A stretch of DNA of 64,000 bases, taken from Owenia fusiformis. Its lineage: Eukaryota. The DNA lies in NCBI GenBank assembly GCA_903813345.2, contig CAIIXF020000001.1, forward strand, positions 16,554,001 to 16,618,000, in the 5' to 3' direction. Shown piece after piece: positions 14,064 to 29,800 of the stretch; the stretch's first letter is position 1; every line of letters begins with the position of its first letter. The notes beneath the pieces were generated by a model, which had not been told where the DNA came from, did not search any database, and was given only the letters and a program-made list of their open reading frames with translations. A program made the position numbers and the translations under genes.

Positions 14064-14880
14064 GCCAGATATTTAACTTAATTAATTTCGATGTTAAAAC
14101 CTTTGCCATCATATGCGTACCATATACGTATAGCTATACCATCACCAAGCCTCAGAAATGTCACAAAAGGTTAACCCACAACCAATCACGTGATAAAAAG
14201 GCTTCACCGACCAAAGTATGTATCACCACACCCAGTTTAAATTTGATCCCATTCACCACCATTTTTAGATAAAATCATCACAAAGAATCTTCCATATATA
14301 ATGCATACAAGTATTTATATTTTTATAATTTACATGCATATTGTTTAAATAATTGCTTAACAATGGTGACACTGCACAGTTAAATAGAAATGTTAGTTTT
14401 GTTCTTATTTCTTAATGTTGCCATTTGTGCTTCCTTATGATGATCTGCAGCAAATTCTAAATGATGATGATAATACCAAAGATGGAAACAAGTATGCAAA
14501 GAAAGATGTCAGCAACCATAGAAAATTGGAAAGCTCGAACAAAGATAGGAGATAAAGATAGCTGTGTATGCAAAATGTAATTATAGAAGCTGTAGAGTAT
14601 ATTCAAAATGCTCAAAACTAATATAATGAATATGTATAATCCTAAAAAGACAATCAGGTCCATAAACGTTTCGGTCATTGATGATGTAGTTTACCAGCAT
14701 CATTAGTTTATATGTTTACGTGGATTCGATTTATTGAATCACCCACTTCGACCAATTTAGTCAAAGTTATCATATTTTCAAATCAGTGTCTTTGTTGGTA
14801 ACACTTTTTCATGGATGTACTCCTATACTGGTTGTATCGATTCAGCATCATAAGGCAAAATATTTTCATTGTGTCAGGTT

Positions 14881-17800
14881 TCAACACTGTCCACATGCCT
14901 TAGCACAATTCGCTTGCATCCAATCTGGATTTGCACTGCATTCACCATTGGCAGCCCAAGTAGAGCACTTACTCTCATCAAAGCTGTTCACACAGTTACC
15001 CCCTTGAAGGAGAAAACCAAACTTACATGTTGTGTTTAGGGATACGATGACAAGGCAAATTTTGAAAACCGAACTGACAAACTATATTTATGAACATGCA
15101 TGAATTTAGAAAGTATGTATGTATGAGTCTATGAGAAATTCAAGTTCAGTCAGTGCCAGTTTGTATAATACAAGCAACAACAGAACTTATGGTCCTGCAA
15201 ATATGCGTGATGTGTTATATGGCTGTGACAGTGAGGGGATCCAAATAAATCCTAACACCATATACAAATGCAAAAAAATATGTATTCTCGCAATATGTAT
15301 CCTCACAATACCGAACCCTCACAACACAAAATCCAGACAATATCCAATATCTGCTCCATATCTCCAGAACACAGTACAGCACAAAATACAGGACCCGATA
15401 CCAAATCCCAACAACATCAAATCTGCACAAAACACCCTTTATACATAAAATATGCACAGCAGAAATACTAATAGAGTTGTTTCAAACTCGCCGACTCCGA
15501 CACCCGACACTCGATATAGACTAACAGCTACTGTAAATCATCATAGCATTGATATTTGCAATATTTATTTTCAAATAATTTGGATGTTATAAGAAATGAT
15601 AACAAATACAGCAATTTATGATACTATCAATCAATCAATAAGCATTCAGATATAAATGTATATATACATTGCCACTTACATTTATTTTGATAACTAATGA
15701 AAACCTATACATGTAAGCTACAAGTTCAAATATCTAGTTCATGAAATAAACTGATTTTTCGAACACTGAGCCCTGCACAATTTCAACTATTCTTGCTAAA
15801 TTTTTCCTGGGGTGTCTGGATAGAGTACCCATCACCCTGAAAGCCTTAAGATTACCAATGATGTTCAACATACACACGATTGGACCCGATAATCGTATTT
15901 AGTCGCTTGCATTTTCTCTTCAAATGCCCTGGCTTTGGTCTTAATTCAGATGATTTATATTTTCTAATTATAGGATATTTACACGCATAAATTTTATCTG
16001 CCAAAATTCTACAATCAGCTGGGAAAACTAAATGTTCATTTGGGCCAATCGAATCCATCATTGCAAATGTTTGGGCATCGTTCATATGTCCAAGAAACCC
16101 ACTATGAATGTGTCGGATAACCTTGTTGTTATCAATGATAACTTGAGTATGCATGCAGTGAAAGCCTCTGTTTCCAGAATAGAATTCTTCTTGATTTTCT
16201 ACCTTGGGCCGATAAACTTCATGTGAAGTGCCATCAATTGCACCTAGTGCAAATGGGAGATCATTCCATTGACCACGCATACCATTCCACTCGTCCAAGT
16301 TAGGCCATCGGACCTTTGGGGCATATAATTGATGAAGAATTGGCCATGTGTCATTTATCACCTTGCAAATGGTCGTCCTATGGACATCAAACATAAGTGA
16401 CAGGAGACTGTAGCACGGATATGATCTTAACCATAGGAGTGTCAGTAGGAGTCGATTTCGTGGGGATAGACTCTGCTGTTCCTGATGTCTAATTTGTGGA
16501 AGAAATTCAAGGTACATACTTTGGAAAGTTTCAAGTGTCTCTCCAATGGACTGAAAAAGTTCAAATTCATGCGATGAGAACATTTTGAAAACATCCCGAC
16601 CGTTCCAAACATTTTCCTCATGTGGAAATAAATGTTGCCGTATTCCCGGTAGGGGAGCCAAGGGTGTGATGGCCATTAGCAACAAAGGGATAATATTGGC
16701 ATCCATGATCGGTGGTAGTGGTATTGGTTGGAGTACAAACATAAGTATCGTGATGAGAAGTTGTTTCTGAACCATTGTTAGATGTACCTGGAGATAATTC
16801 AAAATATTTTCAGCAAAATAAATCGATTTACAATATGCCTGGGTCACATTTGCTCCGATCCATCGGCCGGCGCCCGGCCGATTGAGTATTTTTTTCAAAA
16901 GTGTATTCAATTGTGAACAAAATACTCAATCGGCCGGGCGCCGTAGTGAAAATCGGAGCAAATGTGACCAAGGCATTATTTATGGATCATTTCACACACA
17001 GCTTTGAGTAGTGCTACTTTTAGAGCCGCTTGAATCACTTGTTTTATTGATCAGTGTGTAACTTGAATTTGGTACACGTGGACATGGCCTCAAAAGAGCA
17101 ACATGCAGGTAAGTTATTTTGCTATGCACAACTTATGTAAACATGATATAAATGAACTTACGGGCATCTTGGAACGGTTTATTTCACCAACGTACGTATA
17201 GATTGTTTCCTAAATGCAAACACCGATATAACTGATCAAATGCGTTCACCAAAATTGATGAGAACAAGTAAACACTCATGCCTGGATCACATTTGCCCCG
17301 ATTCATCAGCTGGCGCCCGGCCGATTGAGTATTTTGTTCAATACTGAATACAATTTTGAACAAATTATTCAATCGGCCGGGCGCCGGCCGATGAATCGGA
17401 GCAATTTTTCTAGATCTAGCTAATTTTTAGGATTAAAATCTTGCTCGCATGTACAAAAATGTAATTTGATATTATCATATATTGCTGTTTTTGTTATAAC
17501 ATTATAACTTATAACATCCAAATTATTTGAAAATAAATATTGCAAATATCAATGCTATGATGATTTACAGTAGCTGTTAGTCTATATCGAGTGTCGGGTG
17601 TCGGAGTCGGCGAGTTTGAAACAACTCTAATACCAGTACACCAATAACACTACATCAAATCCCAACAACCTAACAAAAAGACATCTGCAGAGTGCTAAAA
17701 CATTGTGTATACAAACACAAAACGATGAACCTCTAAATCAAACAACACGATACCAAACCCACACAACGCTAAATCCCCAAAGCATTTAAACGTCATGATT

Positions 17801-20800
17801 ACAAATCAACGCTAAATCCCAAAAACATTTAAACGTCACAATACCAAATCAACACAACGCTAAATCCCCAAAACATTTAAACGTCATGATACCAAATCAA
17901 CACAACGCTAAATCCCCAAAACATTTAAACGTCATGATACCAAATCAACACAACGCTAAATCCCCAAAACATTTAAACGTCACAATACCAAATCAACACA
18001 ACGCTAAATCCCAAAAACATTCAAACGTCATGATACCAAATCAACACAACACTAAATCCCAAAAACATCTGAATGTCACAATACCAAATCCACATTAAAG
18101 ATAAATCCACACAACATCAAAACGACACAATACCAAATCTCCACAACGCCAAATCACAAAACATCAAAATCCACAGAATGGTAAATCCACACAACATCAA
18201 AGTACCAAATCAATCCAATGCTAAATCCACACAACATCAAAACGACATAATACCAAATCAACACAATGCTAAATCCACACAACATCAAAACGACACAATA
18301 CCAAATCAACACAATGATAAATCCACACAACATCAAAACGACACACTACCAAATCTCCACAACGCCAAATCACAAAACATCAAAATCCACAGAATGCTAA
18401 ATCCACACAACATCAAAATACCAAATCAACACAATGCTAAATCCACACAACATCAAAACGACATAATACCAAATCAACACAATGCTAAATCCACACAACA
18501 TCAAAACGACACAATACCAAATCAACACAATGATAAATCCATACAACATCAAAGCGACACAATACCAAATCTTCACTACGCCAAATCACTACGACACCAA
18601 TCCTACCTCCACTATGACTACCAGCATCATTACACGTACCTCCACTCGCAGGTTTATCATTGTTACCTGCAACCTTAGGCTGGTCTCCTTGCATATTATC
18701 AGAGTTATTTGCTTTGTCTCCATCTCCACCCTTGGCACCTACATGATCAAAAACAGTTTGGTCTATCGGTTGATGTAATTTCATTTGTACATTTACGTTT
18801 CATAGAAATAAAAAATGAGATATTCTATAGATAGGCCTATGTGTAAATTATTGTTATGATTGAAGGAACAGAAATGATATTATTTTGATGATGATATTTG
18901 AGTGTAAATGTTTTCCTGATATCTGAATCATGTAACTCAAAATGAAACATCTAATGACAATGTAATGATTAATGAGTACTTTGCTATATAGAAACGATGA
19001 TTTGATAACTATATAACAACGAAACATTAGTTTGATGCAGGGATATAGACAATACATTAATATATTTTACTTTACTCTTCTGGAGGGGTGGATTACATGT
19101 AACATTAAATGGTCATCATAGTCCATAATGTAGTGCAAGGTCTCGTGTCCTTTGAACACGCCACTGTCATATCTACTTAGTACCTTTCACAGTTGTGTGC
19201 ACAGCAATGTTGACACTATTCACCTTGTTTGGGTCGTCAGCTGGGTCTGTGGATAGAAAAAATTAAGATTATTTTATATTTATTGAAAGTGACTGTACTG
19301 TGGATAAGTACTTGAATATATTTTATTTTTATAGCATCTGGCTGCATTGTGGATTGTTATATTCTCTAATGGCCCGTTCTGTTTCCAGGTAGCTCTCTTC
19401 TTCTACATGAAGTAAAATAATTTCTTAGTTGCATGTTTTTCTTACCACACTTTTTGCAAGACTTCCTGCATACATCCGCCATCCACATCCACATCATGGC
19501 GTCCCATTCACACTGTCCCTGGTCCACAAAACCAGAACAATAGTCTATGCCATCTTTACATTCGACTACAATGAAATCAATATGTATTTCATTATAGTTC
19601 ACCACGATTGCATACATATGTATTACGTAAGTAGGACTTCAATTACCGCTAAACCTACAGTTACCAGACTCGATACAGAAAACCAAAGTGATGGGTCCAA
19701 CCATCAACAAGCAGCGAACGTCTAAAATTACTTCGAGGATAAATAAAATATTTTAATTTGTTCAGGGAACTCATAGATAGTCAATATCACTTGGAAGACC
19801 TTACCATCACATCCTGCTCCACTCCAGCCATCATCACAAGTACAACTGCACTCTTTCTTGTTGAACTTGCCATTCTTGCACCCAGTTAATGTGCATTCTA
19901 AATTAGTTATTAACAATGTACACCAGTTGTTAAATTGGGGACATGTTTCACCAGGGCTGTTTATAAATAAATTCAATCAGCTACTGGTATTATGGATAAT
20001 TTAGTTGGTTTTCTTGGTCGATGCAGCTTTGTTGATTATTGGTTTTATATATATCTTATACTAGTAGTTTTGAATGCCTTCTACCTGTTTTGGGCTGTGA
20101 AGCTACATGGAGCATTTTAAATAATGTTATATGACATAGTACTCACTGCAGTCGCCACCACCAGCACTGCACGCTCTCTTGGATGCTATAAAATATAGAA
20201 TATTTCAAGTTATCCATTTTGCTTTAGAATATACAGGGTGACAAAAAAAACTGGAACCCATAAATCATCAAATTTCTCGGAAAGTATAATACCTACATTC
20301 TTCATTTCTTCAGGGTAGAAACTAGACTGAATGCATGACAAAATGACACAATAATGAGTACTGTAGCTTAGATATTAATCATGCCATGGACGACAGGAGA
20401 AAATACTTATATTGTGAGAAAGCGTATCGAGACAAAATCCTATAAAGAGACACAGACTGCCTATATGAGAGATCACAGGGCAAGAAGAGCCCCTTGCAAG
20501 TCACAGATCTTTAGGCTTGTACAGAGGTTTGATTCGGAAGGAACTGTAAAACCAACAAAGAAGAAAAGTGATGGTAAACCAACCTATTCGGGGAGAGAGA
20601 GGTCTGTCAGAACTCAAGACAACTCAACAGTCATCTCAGAACGTTACATCCCTAACGTTCAAAAGTTTTGGAGAGCGCTGGGTAGACGACGTGACTTGAG
20701 AAGGGACCAGCAATGGCTCCAACAATATGGTGTCACACCCCACACCTCAAATGAGTCCATTCGATGGCTTCAGGCTCACTTTGGTGATCGATTAATCAGT

Positions 20801-23800
20801 CACCATACCCTCCACATCTGCCCCCCCCCCCACTCCCCTGATTTGAAACCCCAGATTTTTGTCTGTGGGGGTATCTCAAGGATAATGTGTATACAGATGG
20901 TCCACTGACCATAGATGACCTCAAAATCAACATTGGAAGATTAATTAGAGAGATAGACAGAGATGAATGCAGTCGGGTCATTGACAATTTTGCAAGAAGA
21001 ATCAATCTCTGCATCCAATGTCGTGGTGCACATTTGGAGCACATTATCTAATCGTGCTTCATTTAGAGACTAATTGATCTAGAATGCTGAAACTTTTACA
21101 TCTTGTCATACATTCAGTTGACTATACCTGTACCAGGTAACTAAGCTCAATATGCATAATTGACAAAGTTATTAAGACTTAAGTGGGTTCCAGTTTTTTT
21201 TGTCACCCTGTATTTAATAAATAGTGTCTGATATTATAAATGCGTCCAACGATCAAACGATCAAATACATACCACACAGAACATTGTCCATACAGAAGCT
21301 GTACCCAACAGGGCACTGGCTGCAAGGTTCTCCCTCAATGTAAGGTTTGTCCTCGATACCAGTTTCAGCATTTGCTGTATTTCCTCTATAAATAAATACA
21401 CGATGTGTCGTTATTGATACCATTGATGTTGACATGTTGACATGTCTACAATACCCAGTGTGAGATATTGCTGCCATTGATATTAATGTTGGCATCAGTA
21501 GCTGAATCACTATTATCTTAATGAAGATTTTTCTTCAATAAGGTCACAACTGTTGAGCTTTTTGGAAAAAAGGCATGACAAAAAACGATAAAAACAAAGA
21601 AAATTGTAAAATTGTGACAAACGTTTCGAAACTAACTCCCAACTCGTCTCTATCACTGCTAGAGAAAAGAATTTATTGAGATACAATGCAAGATAATTCT
21701 TTATTTAGATGATTTATAGGAGTTTGTGTCAATCTTGCACAATATTCTTCTATATTCAATCAAAACAAAAGGTTATTGAGTTCAAACCACTAAAAGGACA
21801 CAAACAACACTTGTTCCTGATGAATGGGTTGCAGACACACATGTTACATATAATGTGAGATTAGCATTATTAAAGTGGCAATTATTCATCTATATTCTTC
21901 TTAATGTGCAAATATGCATAATTTACCTTGGATGTAAACAAAAAAACATCGCCATATTGAACAATTGAAGGAATTGCCCTATGAGTCACTGTGAGTCTAA
22001 TCTCCAAAAATGGATCATATCAGAAAACATGCGGGATGTTATAACTTAAAGATACATCGTCAAGTTCTTTGTTTGTGGTTTTCTCTACTGGCTATAATGT
22101 ATATATGGACATTAACACATTCCACGTGACATACAGTATAATTAAAAGAGAGCATAGGAAATAACTCACTTTTCATATTGACATGTTCTTATGTTTTAGA
22201 GGGGTATATCCAACAGGAATGAAATTATGAAATAAAAATACTTGTGAAAATACGTTGTGATTTGCTTTTCAAATGTTGCCCTTGGTGTTTTATCATTGTA
22301 CTTGCACACTGTTTGTTGAAAACAAATAAAAACAAGCCGGATACTATTAAAAATATTACACTGAATAAAGGTTCCAGACGAACCAACAGCATGCTGAGAC
22401 CTTATTGGTGAACTTTGGACATTCAATCAATTAAAGTCCGTGTTTAACTACGGTATGATAATGACAATCCTCGAAGGTATCTACCCTGGATTAGTATTTT
22501 TACATCAGACTATACAACCTTATCAAGGCCAACATCATCAGCAAAACTGAGAAAACCCGTCAACATGAATGCGTTCATTCTTGCCCTAGCTATTATCATA
22601 TTGATGGGATGCGGCAACACTGCTAGGATCCCATTGTGCAAGAAGCCACAGATTGTTGAACTAAATAAACAACTGACTCAGCGAAATACAGACATTGGGG
22701 AAAGCCTAGAAGTTTTCTCTGGAACTGTTACAGGTGTTATAAGCACATTAGAAGTGAGCCAATCTCTCAAAGAGGCAGCCTTCGGCCAAATGGTAGCCAA
22801 ATATACAACCCTACTCAAATACTTAGAAGAGAAAATAGAACATCTTGAAGAAACCTGCAGCTGCTTCGGTAAGAAATTTAGATGCAATTGTAAATTAAAA
22901 TATGATTATGGTCAACAGTTCTTGACAAACTGAAGTAATGGGTATCATAAAGGTTACAATTTTATTTAATATTATTGTATTTTTGGACTCTAGTACTAAA
23001 GATAACCAAGTATTTAGCTCATAAGTTACTGAGAAAATACTTGTCAAAAGTGTCTCATTTGTTGGGACACCCGATATATGTATCACGATAATCAAAATAT
23101 GAACCCAATGGGGTGCTATTTTAAATGTATGTAGAGTCACGGTGGTCAAATGTCTGTCAAACATCTAAAACTGTGCTGTGACAATTTTTAAAACAAAATT
23201 GTTTTGTTCCAGCCAATCCAACAACACCAGCAGCAAAACCAGTAATACCAACGACACCAACACCAACATCATCTTCAACAACAGCAACAACAACAACAGA
23301 AAAAACAACAAACGGCACAGTAAGAGGGCTAGGGAGAGCGGGTGCAGAAACAACAGAAATGTATGACAGCTTTGATGTTAAGAAATGACAAACTCTATCT
23401 CACTCTATTTGGGGTATGACACCATTTCCATGGGAATGTCGTATTAACAAATAGCTGTGGTGTATGTTGTATGTTTAGACCTAATCATGATACCATGATA
23501 CAACTGGGTCCTAGGAATAGCCAAGATAAGGGATGGGTTTGAACCTTTAAAATGTATGATAAAATTGCAAAAATAGATATATATATTAGAACATATATTT
23601 TATTTTTTGTTGCATGGGCCATGTTATTATGTTACATGTATGTGATCTAGGGCAACACTTGATTAAAGTCCACAGTTGGTAGCTACTGAAGTCAAATCCA
23701 TTTTATGGGAAAGTAACCCATTTGTAAGTGAAATACCCAACCGTGCCTAATAGTTGGAAGACAAATGAATCTGACAGGATTGGATCTCTATAACTATCAT

Positions 23801-26800
23801 TGAACAAGACAAAGCATATATTGTAAGTTATGATAAAAGAGATGACTTCAATTTTGATATTATAGATTTTCCACACTTGGATAGTAATATTTAATTGAAC
23901 CCAGTATATGGGGTCTATGTTTCCCAGCCTATTAGATATAGCAGGACATGCTCGAAATATTAGTTTTGAATCAAGACATAATTATTTTAGGCCAAGTTTA
24001 AACAAGTAAAAAACGTAAACAACACTTTTTAGGCTTTATTGAAAAATATAGATCACTAGATCTAAGTTTTGCCACTTGACATGTTCAGGGACTTGGCACT
24101 TTTAGGGTGGATCCGACTTTGGTATTAATGGTTGAGAAATAGGGATCGAAACCAGCCATAGTTTTCTCCTGACGAGAATCGTGAAATATTGTTGCTTACT
24201 GATTATGGCGTCGGCTTTGCGGATGGATCTTGACACTTTGATAAACTTATGGATTTCGAGACAGGATTTTGTCTGTCCCACATCATTTGAGACTGAATGC
24301 TCTTGTATGAAAATAGTAGTACCTACAATTATTATTAAATGGTGGGGAGGGGGTATCAGACATTGTTTCTTTTAATGTTAGATATTGATTTGGGATAGTT
24401 GGGGCTTGTTTTCCTAATGACTGGAGTACTCTCAGATGTTTTTTGTCTTGCTGTATTCTGTAATAATTGTTTGTCATTTCCCTATGAGACTCATGCATAC
24501 ATATTCATTTGCGCAAAACCTTTTTTCCAATTTGTAATCCAATAAAAGTGTTTTCATGAAACTACTCATTATATCCTTATTCCTGACACTCTTCCCTTTC
24601 TTGCGGTATTTTGATAACCTTGGGGCAAATAGTGTTGACTCTCGTTTGCCCAACTACAAATCCCCATAAGCCATATTGATATGAGGAATTAACCTTCAAA
24701 ACTACGCGCATGACATTTGTAATTCACAAAAGTGTATAAGATTTAGACATAATGAGTTAGCATTCGTTTAACAAAAACAGTAAAATTCATTGGGGTTTCA
24801 ACATCTTCCTCACATTCTTTAAAATAAAATGATGCGCTTTATCTATTGATGAAAGGTCATTTTCTTTAAAACTTTTAGCATCAATAACCCATCTAGAATA
24901 GGATAGGCATGGCTCTAGCATGGATGCAGACATAAATTGATAGGTCATTGTCTTATGACTTCAAATGTTCATAATCATTTAATTTGACAAGAAAGGTTAA
25001 TGAGTGTATACCTAATCTTCCCACATAATTCCATAGTCACTAAAACGATATTGTTTTATAAATCATCAAACTTGACAGTTTGCATGAGTCTTGCTGATTA
25101 CAGAGGTGGAAAAACATAGCATGTTTTAACAATCTCCTATTGAAACAATTCCATGGTGATAAAATTGAGCTAAATGCATTTCAACTTGACAGTTTATATT
25201 GTACTGTAATGAGAAATTGTCATGATGACAATTCTGCATATAATAATAGATAGTATCATTTGGATGTATAAGTCAGATAAAATATAAAAATGCCATTCCT
25301 TGGAATGGAGGAAATGACGTGTCTTGATATGTCTAGTGACCTTTTATAGTTAATGAAAACACAAAACGATATTCTGCGCCAAGGGCTGATGTGAAAGAGT
25401 CAGTCCACCAATATAAATTATAATGCTTTCTTAATGCTAGGTTTTCTTCTCGGGTAAAGTTTAAAATCACCGTAAAGGTTCTACACTTTCATTATGGGTG
25501 TGAGGTACTATATATAATCATAAAAGAAACACATTAATTATGAGAGATCAAAACTTGTAAAGGAAATGGTTTTTGAGGTATAGGAATGACCAATTTCTGA
25601 GCCGAAGATGAGTTTTAAACAAAATTATCTATTGAAATATAGGTAAAGCAATGTTCAAGATGGATAAAATGCTCTAGATAAACAACCAAGATAAAGTCAA
25701 GCTAACCTAAATATGATGTCTACTGTCTGGGCACATCAACAGCATGCTGATAGCTAATTGGCCAGCCATGGAGAGCCAAAGTCAAGGATTGACGAGCAGA
25801 TAGTCACTGTCTCTGTGTCAGCTGTTACAAAATGATGATGATCTCTAGCCTATATCTAAAGTCTGTATCAATAGCGAGTGTCAAACAGTCGGCGCTACAG
25901 AGTAACATCGGCAACAAAACAAAACAAGACAAGAAGTCTCAAGATGAATGTATGCATTGTTGCACAAGTTGTATTAATCCTGGCATGTACCAGTTTTATC
26001 AGTGCCTATGTACCGCTTTGTAAAAAGCACCAGCTCATAGCTCTTACTGCGCAACTGGCAGAAAGAGATGCGGTCATTCAGGGAAAGCTAGATGGTCTTA
26101 ATGAAACAGTTGCTCTGATTGAAAACTCTATTGCAGCGAACGAGGCCAGCAATTCAGCAGCCTATGATCTCATGACAGCCAAGTTTGATGATCTTATTGG
26201 CATGCTAGAGGATAGGCTTGAAAATCTCGAGGAAAGTTGCAAATGCAGGTATCTTATGACAGGTAGGATTCTTTTTAACCTATTGGCAAAATCATGTTAA
26301 ATTATGGAGGATAGAGGAATGGATGATGTTTTGTTCAGATCTGATACTGTTTGGATAAAAACACTAAAATGTCATCGCCCAAAGCTTTATAAAAAGTGAC
26401 ATATTCACCCACCTCTCTAAACTTGTATAAATGTATGAAGACCGACTGGGCATTGACCGCTATATGCACTTGTCAAATGATTTTAGACCCAGTGTTCTAA
26501 AGTTTTGAGACACAACAGGATTCATGGTCAGTGAAAAATGTGAAGAAAGGGAATAAAGATGATGGATTGAGCCAATTTTGTAATTTAGGGATAGATGATC
26601 TCCCCACCCCATACTTTCGTTTCCATATAACCTCCTATCGTTTCATTTTATTTCAAGGCAATAGTGAACATATGGTTAACCATCTCATGTCTTTTGGTGT
26701 CCATAGTATATTACAATGACTACTAAATATTTATATAATTTTATTTCAAGGCAATAGTGAACATATGGTTAACCATCTCATGTCTTTTGGTGTCCATAGT

Positions 26801-29800
26801 ATATTACAATGACTACTAAATATTTATATAATTTTATTTCAAGGCAATAGTGAACATATGGTTAACCATCTCATGTACTTTGGTGTCCATAGTATATTAC
26901 AATGACTACTAAATATTTATATAATTTTATTTCAAGGCAATAGAGAACATATGGTTAACCATCTCATGTCCTTTGGTGTCCATAGTATATTACAATGACT
27001 ACTAAATATTTATATAATTTTATTTCAAGGCAATAGTGAACATATGGTTAACCATCTCATGTACTTTGGTGTCCATAGTATATTACAATGACTACTAAAT
27101 ATTTATATAATTTTATTTCAAGGCAATAGTGAACATATGGTTAACCATCTCATGTCCTTTGGTGTCCATAGTATATTACAATGACTACTAAATATTTATA
27201 TAATTTTATTTCAAGGCAATAGTGAACATATGGTTAACCATCTCATGTCCTTTGGTGTCCATAGTGATATTACAATGACTACTAACTACTAACTACTATG
27301 GTTTATATTTAGTGCCACCTTAATTTTAACGACACCGTAGTGTGAATATGTATTGTATTTCATGTACTCTTCTTTGAAGAACACCTTGTATTGCTGTACA
27401 ATAAATAATCAAAAGTTACATATTTGTGTTGTATGGAAAATGCAAAAGATTATTTCGAAAGTGCAGTATACAATCTATATACATGTACAGTTACATAATT
27501 CGAACAAAAGTAACTGTAGTATGTGGAACAAACTACTGTTCGAATTATTAAACAAGAATGCACTGAAATTCCAACAGTATAGAATTATAATATATAAACT
27601 TAAAATGTAGTGTTGAAAATAACGGTGTGCTATATTCTTAAAATTACAATTTTCAAAATATACCTGATGGAATATGACGGGTGAAAAAATGCATTTTTGT
27701 TTTAGGGTTTTTCTCAACTACAAAAGCATTTAAACCAGCAGCAAAAGCAGAAACAACCACAACAACAACCATCCGACCAACAACAACAACAAAATTAACA
27801 ACAAGAACAACAACAGAAGCAGCAAATGAAAGGGGAAGAGCGGGAGTAGAAACGCTAACAACAGAAATGTATGACAGTTTTGATGTTAAAAAATAATATG
27901 CATGTTATTTTCTTCTGTTTTTAAGTAGAGCATCATTGTCACTGTGGAACATTGTTGTGTGGTACATGATACGACATAGATGAAACTCTGAACAATGGTC
28001 TGGTTGCAAAACTCAAAATTGTATGATAAAATTGGGAAAATAAATATCTAAAAACACAAATACTTCTGTTAGCTGTACGTAACATGAGCCATGCTAGAAT
28101 CTTTATAGGTTGGATAGTAATGCAAAGCTGAAAATACACCCTATGTATACTGGAGCGAGCAGAAATAATCGGTGCGGATAACATGGGTGTGCAGTGCGGG
28201 ATAACGGTCATCTTTTAATTTCAATTTGCCACAACTATTTTGAACACCGATACTGTAAAATGCTGAGAAAATGAATAACACACTTATTCTAACAATTTCC
28301 TTGATATCGAATGTCAACTTTATATATAACTGAAACCCCAATGGCTTAGTTTAAAGGTATCATAAACAAGTTCAAATAACGATCGTTGTCTCCTCACCGC
28401 CCGCATTTATCAGCATGGGTAGTTTTCTGCGCGATCGGTCCCCATAGGTGAAATCTAAGTTATCAGATTCATCCCAAGGTCCAGGGGAAACATTTTGCTG
28501 ATGACTACATACCAATTAACCCAAATTTACGTGTTGATATAAAATATTCGACTTCCAAAATACACATACGATATCATTTCAGTTCCTCCAGGTGGTTAAC
28601 ATTACGGTGAAATAAAAAGTGATCGGATGTAAATGTTCCGCTCCAAAGATTTTAGTCATATTGAATGATGAATAGGTCATGTAACATGTAATGATAAACA
28701 AGGTCAGTGACATAAATGATATAGAAATAACACATCCTGTAGACATAAAGCTTATTATTAAATACTATTGTTTTACGACTATAAAATATATGAACGTGAA
28801 AAGATGAATATGTTTTTATTCCCAGTCATTGATGCATCATATGTTATGAGTTTTAGCAAACAATACCTTTGATTTAATATAATTTCAAAAAAAGTCATAA
28901 GTAGATATTTTCTGAATGAATGAGTTTATATGAACAATGAATGAATGAATGAATAATGAAAACTATAATTAAAAAAAACAATATGCTCGATCACAGAAAA
29001 AATGTTGAAACTTTAAAGTGTGCCTAAAATATTGTGATTTGACTAGTTTTTACCAGTCATGAGCACTTACAATTGGGTACACGTTTAAATCAAAGTTTCA
29101 TCTTTATACAAGAAAATTGTATAATCAAATTATTCTAATTAGATTTATATATTTCAAATACAAACACATACCAGACCGTAGCCAGCTTTTACCAAGGGGG
29201 GTCACTTCTTAGAAGTTTCCAGGGGTGTCACTTTTGACAATCTTGTTCCAAATATCGCCAAAATCACTTAAAAAGTTGCTCAGAATGGTGAAACATTGCA
29301 TGATTTTGAAAGAGGGGGGCACTAACCTATCGACCCCTCCCCCCCCCCCCCCCGGCTATGGGCCTGCATATGAAATTTCTAAAGGTGTTTGATAATTATT
29401 CCTAGTAACAAAATTGAAAAACATTAAGAGATAAAGCCTGTTCTATGCTGTAATAAACATTGATATACGTGCTGTCTAAAATATTATTAGAGATGATTCG
29501 CAACTCACTTATCATACTGTATATAGCATGTTCATTATTCCCAAATTATGAAGCGCCTGATTACTACGTCATCATTTATTGCTGTTTTGTTGGAAATGTG
29601 TTTTCATATAGCCTGTCCACTCAGTTTGCAACCATCGGGAGACATTTAGATAAGAGAGATGTTTCGAAGAGACAATGGTCGTCCTCTCAGATTATCTACT
29701 TTGATTTGCTCTATTCATAGTTCCCAGTTCCCCTCACCACCGCAGTCGCACTGCACTTTACATGCATGTATCTAAATTGTGCCATGTTATGTATCTTTAT

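Larger units (their letters stand above)
15473..17628 (-). mobile_element. PIF/Harbinger-group (PHIS) DNA transposon in the last CAP intron
   Basis: ~120-bp near-perfect TIRs (AGAGTTGTTTCAAACTCGCCGACTCCGACACC...), flanked by an AAT/AAT duplication, enclosing a DDE_Tnp_4-type ORF. Confidence 0.9.

Noticed and set aside
17886-18778. Several + strand ORFs of IPNQHNAKS repeats
   Set aside because: Products of the 48-bp minisatellite, open in multiple frames because of strand-biased composition.
24180-24700. Possible LINE remnant on the - strand
   Set aside because: No convincing RT or endonuclease motif could be read by eye. It needs a RepeatMasker or tBLASTx search.
26645-27285. Regularly spaced repeats suggestive of a CRISPR array
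   Set aside because: Whole units are identical with no unique spacers, there are no cas genes, and the context is eukaryotic.
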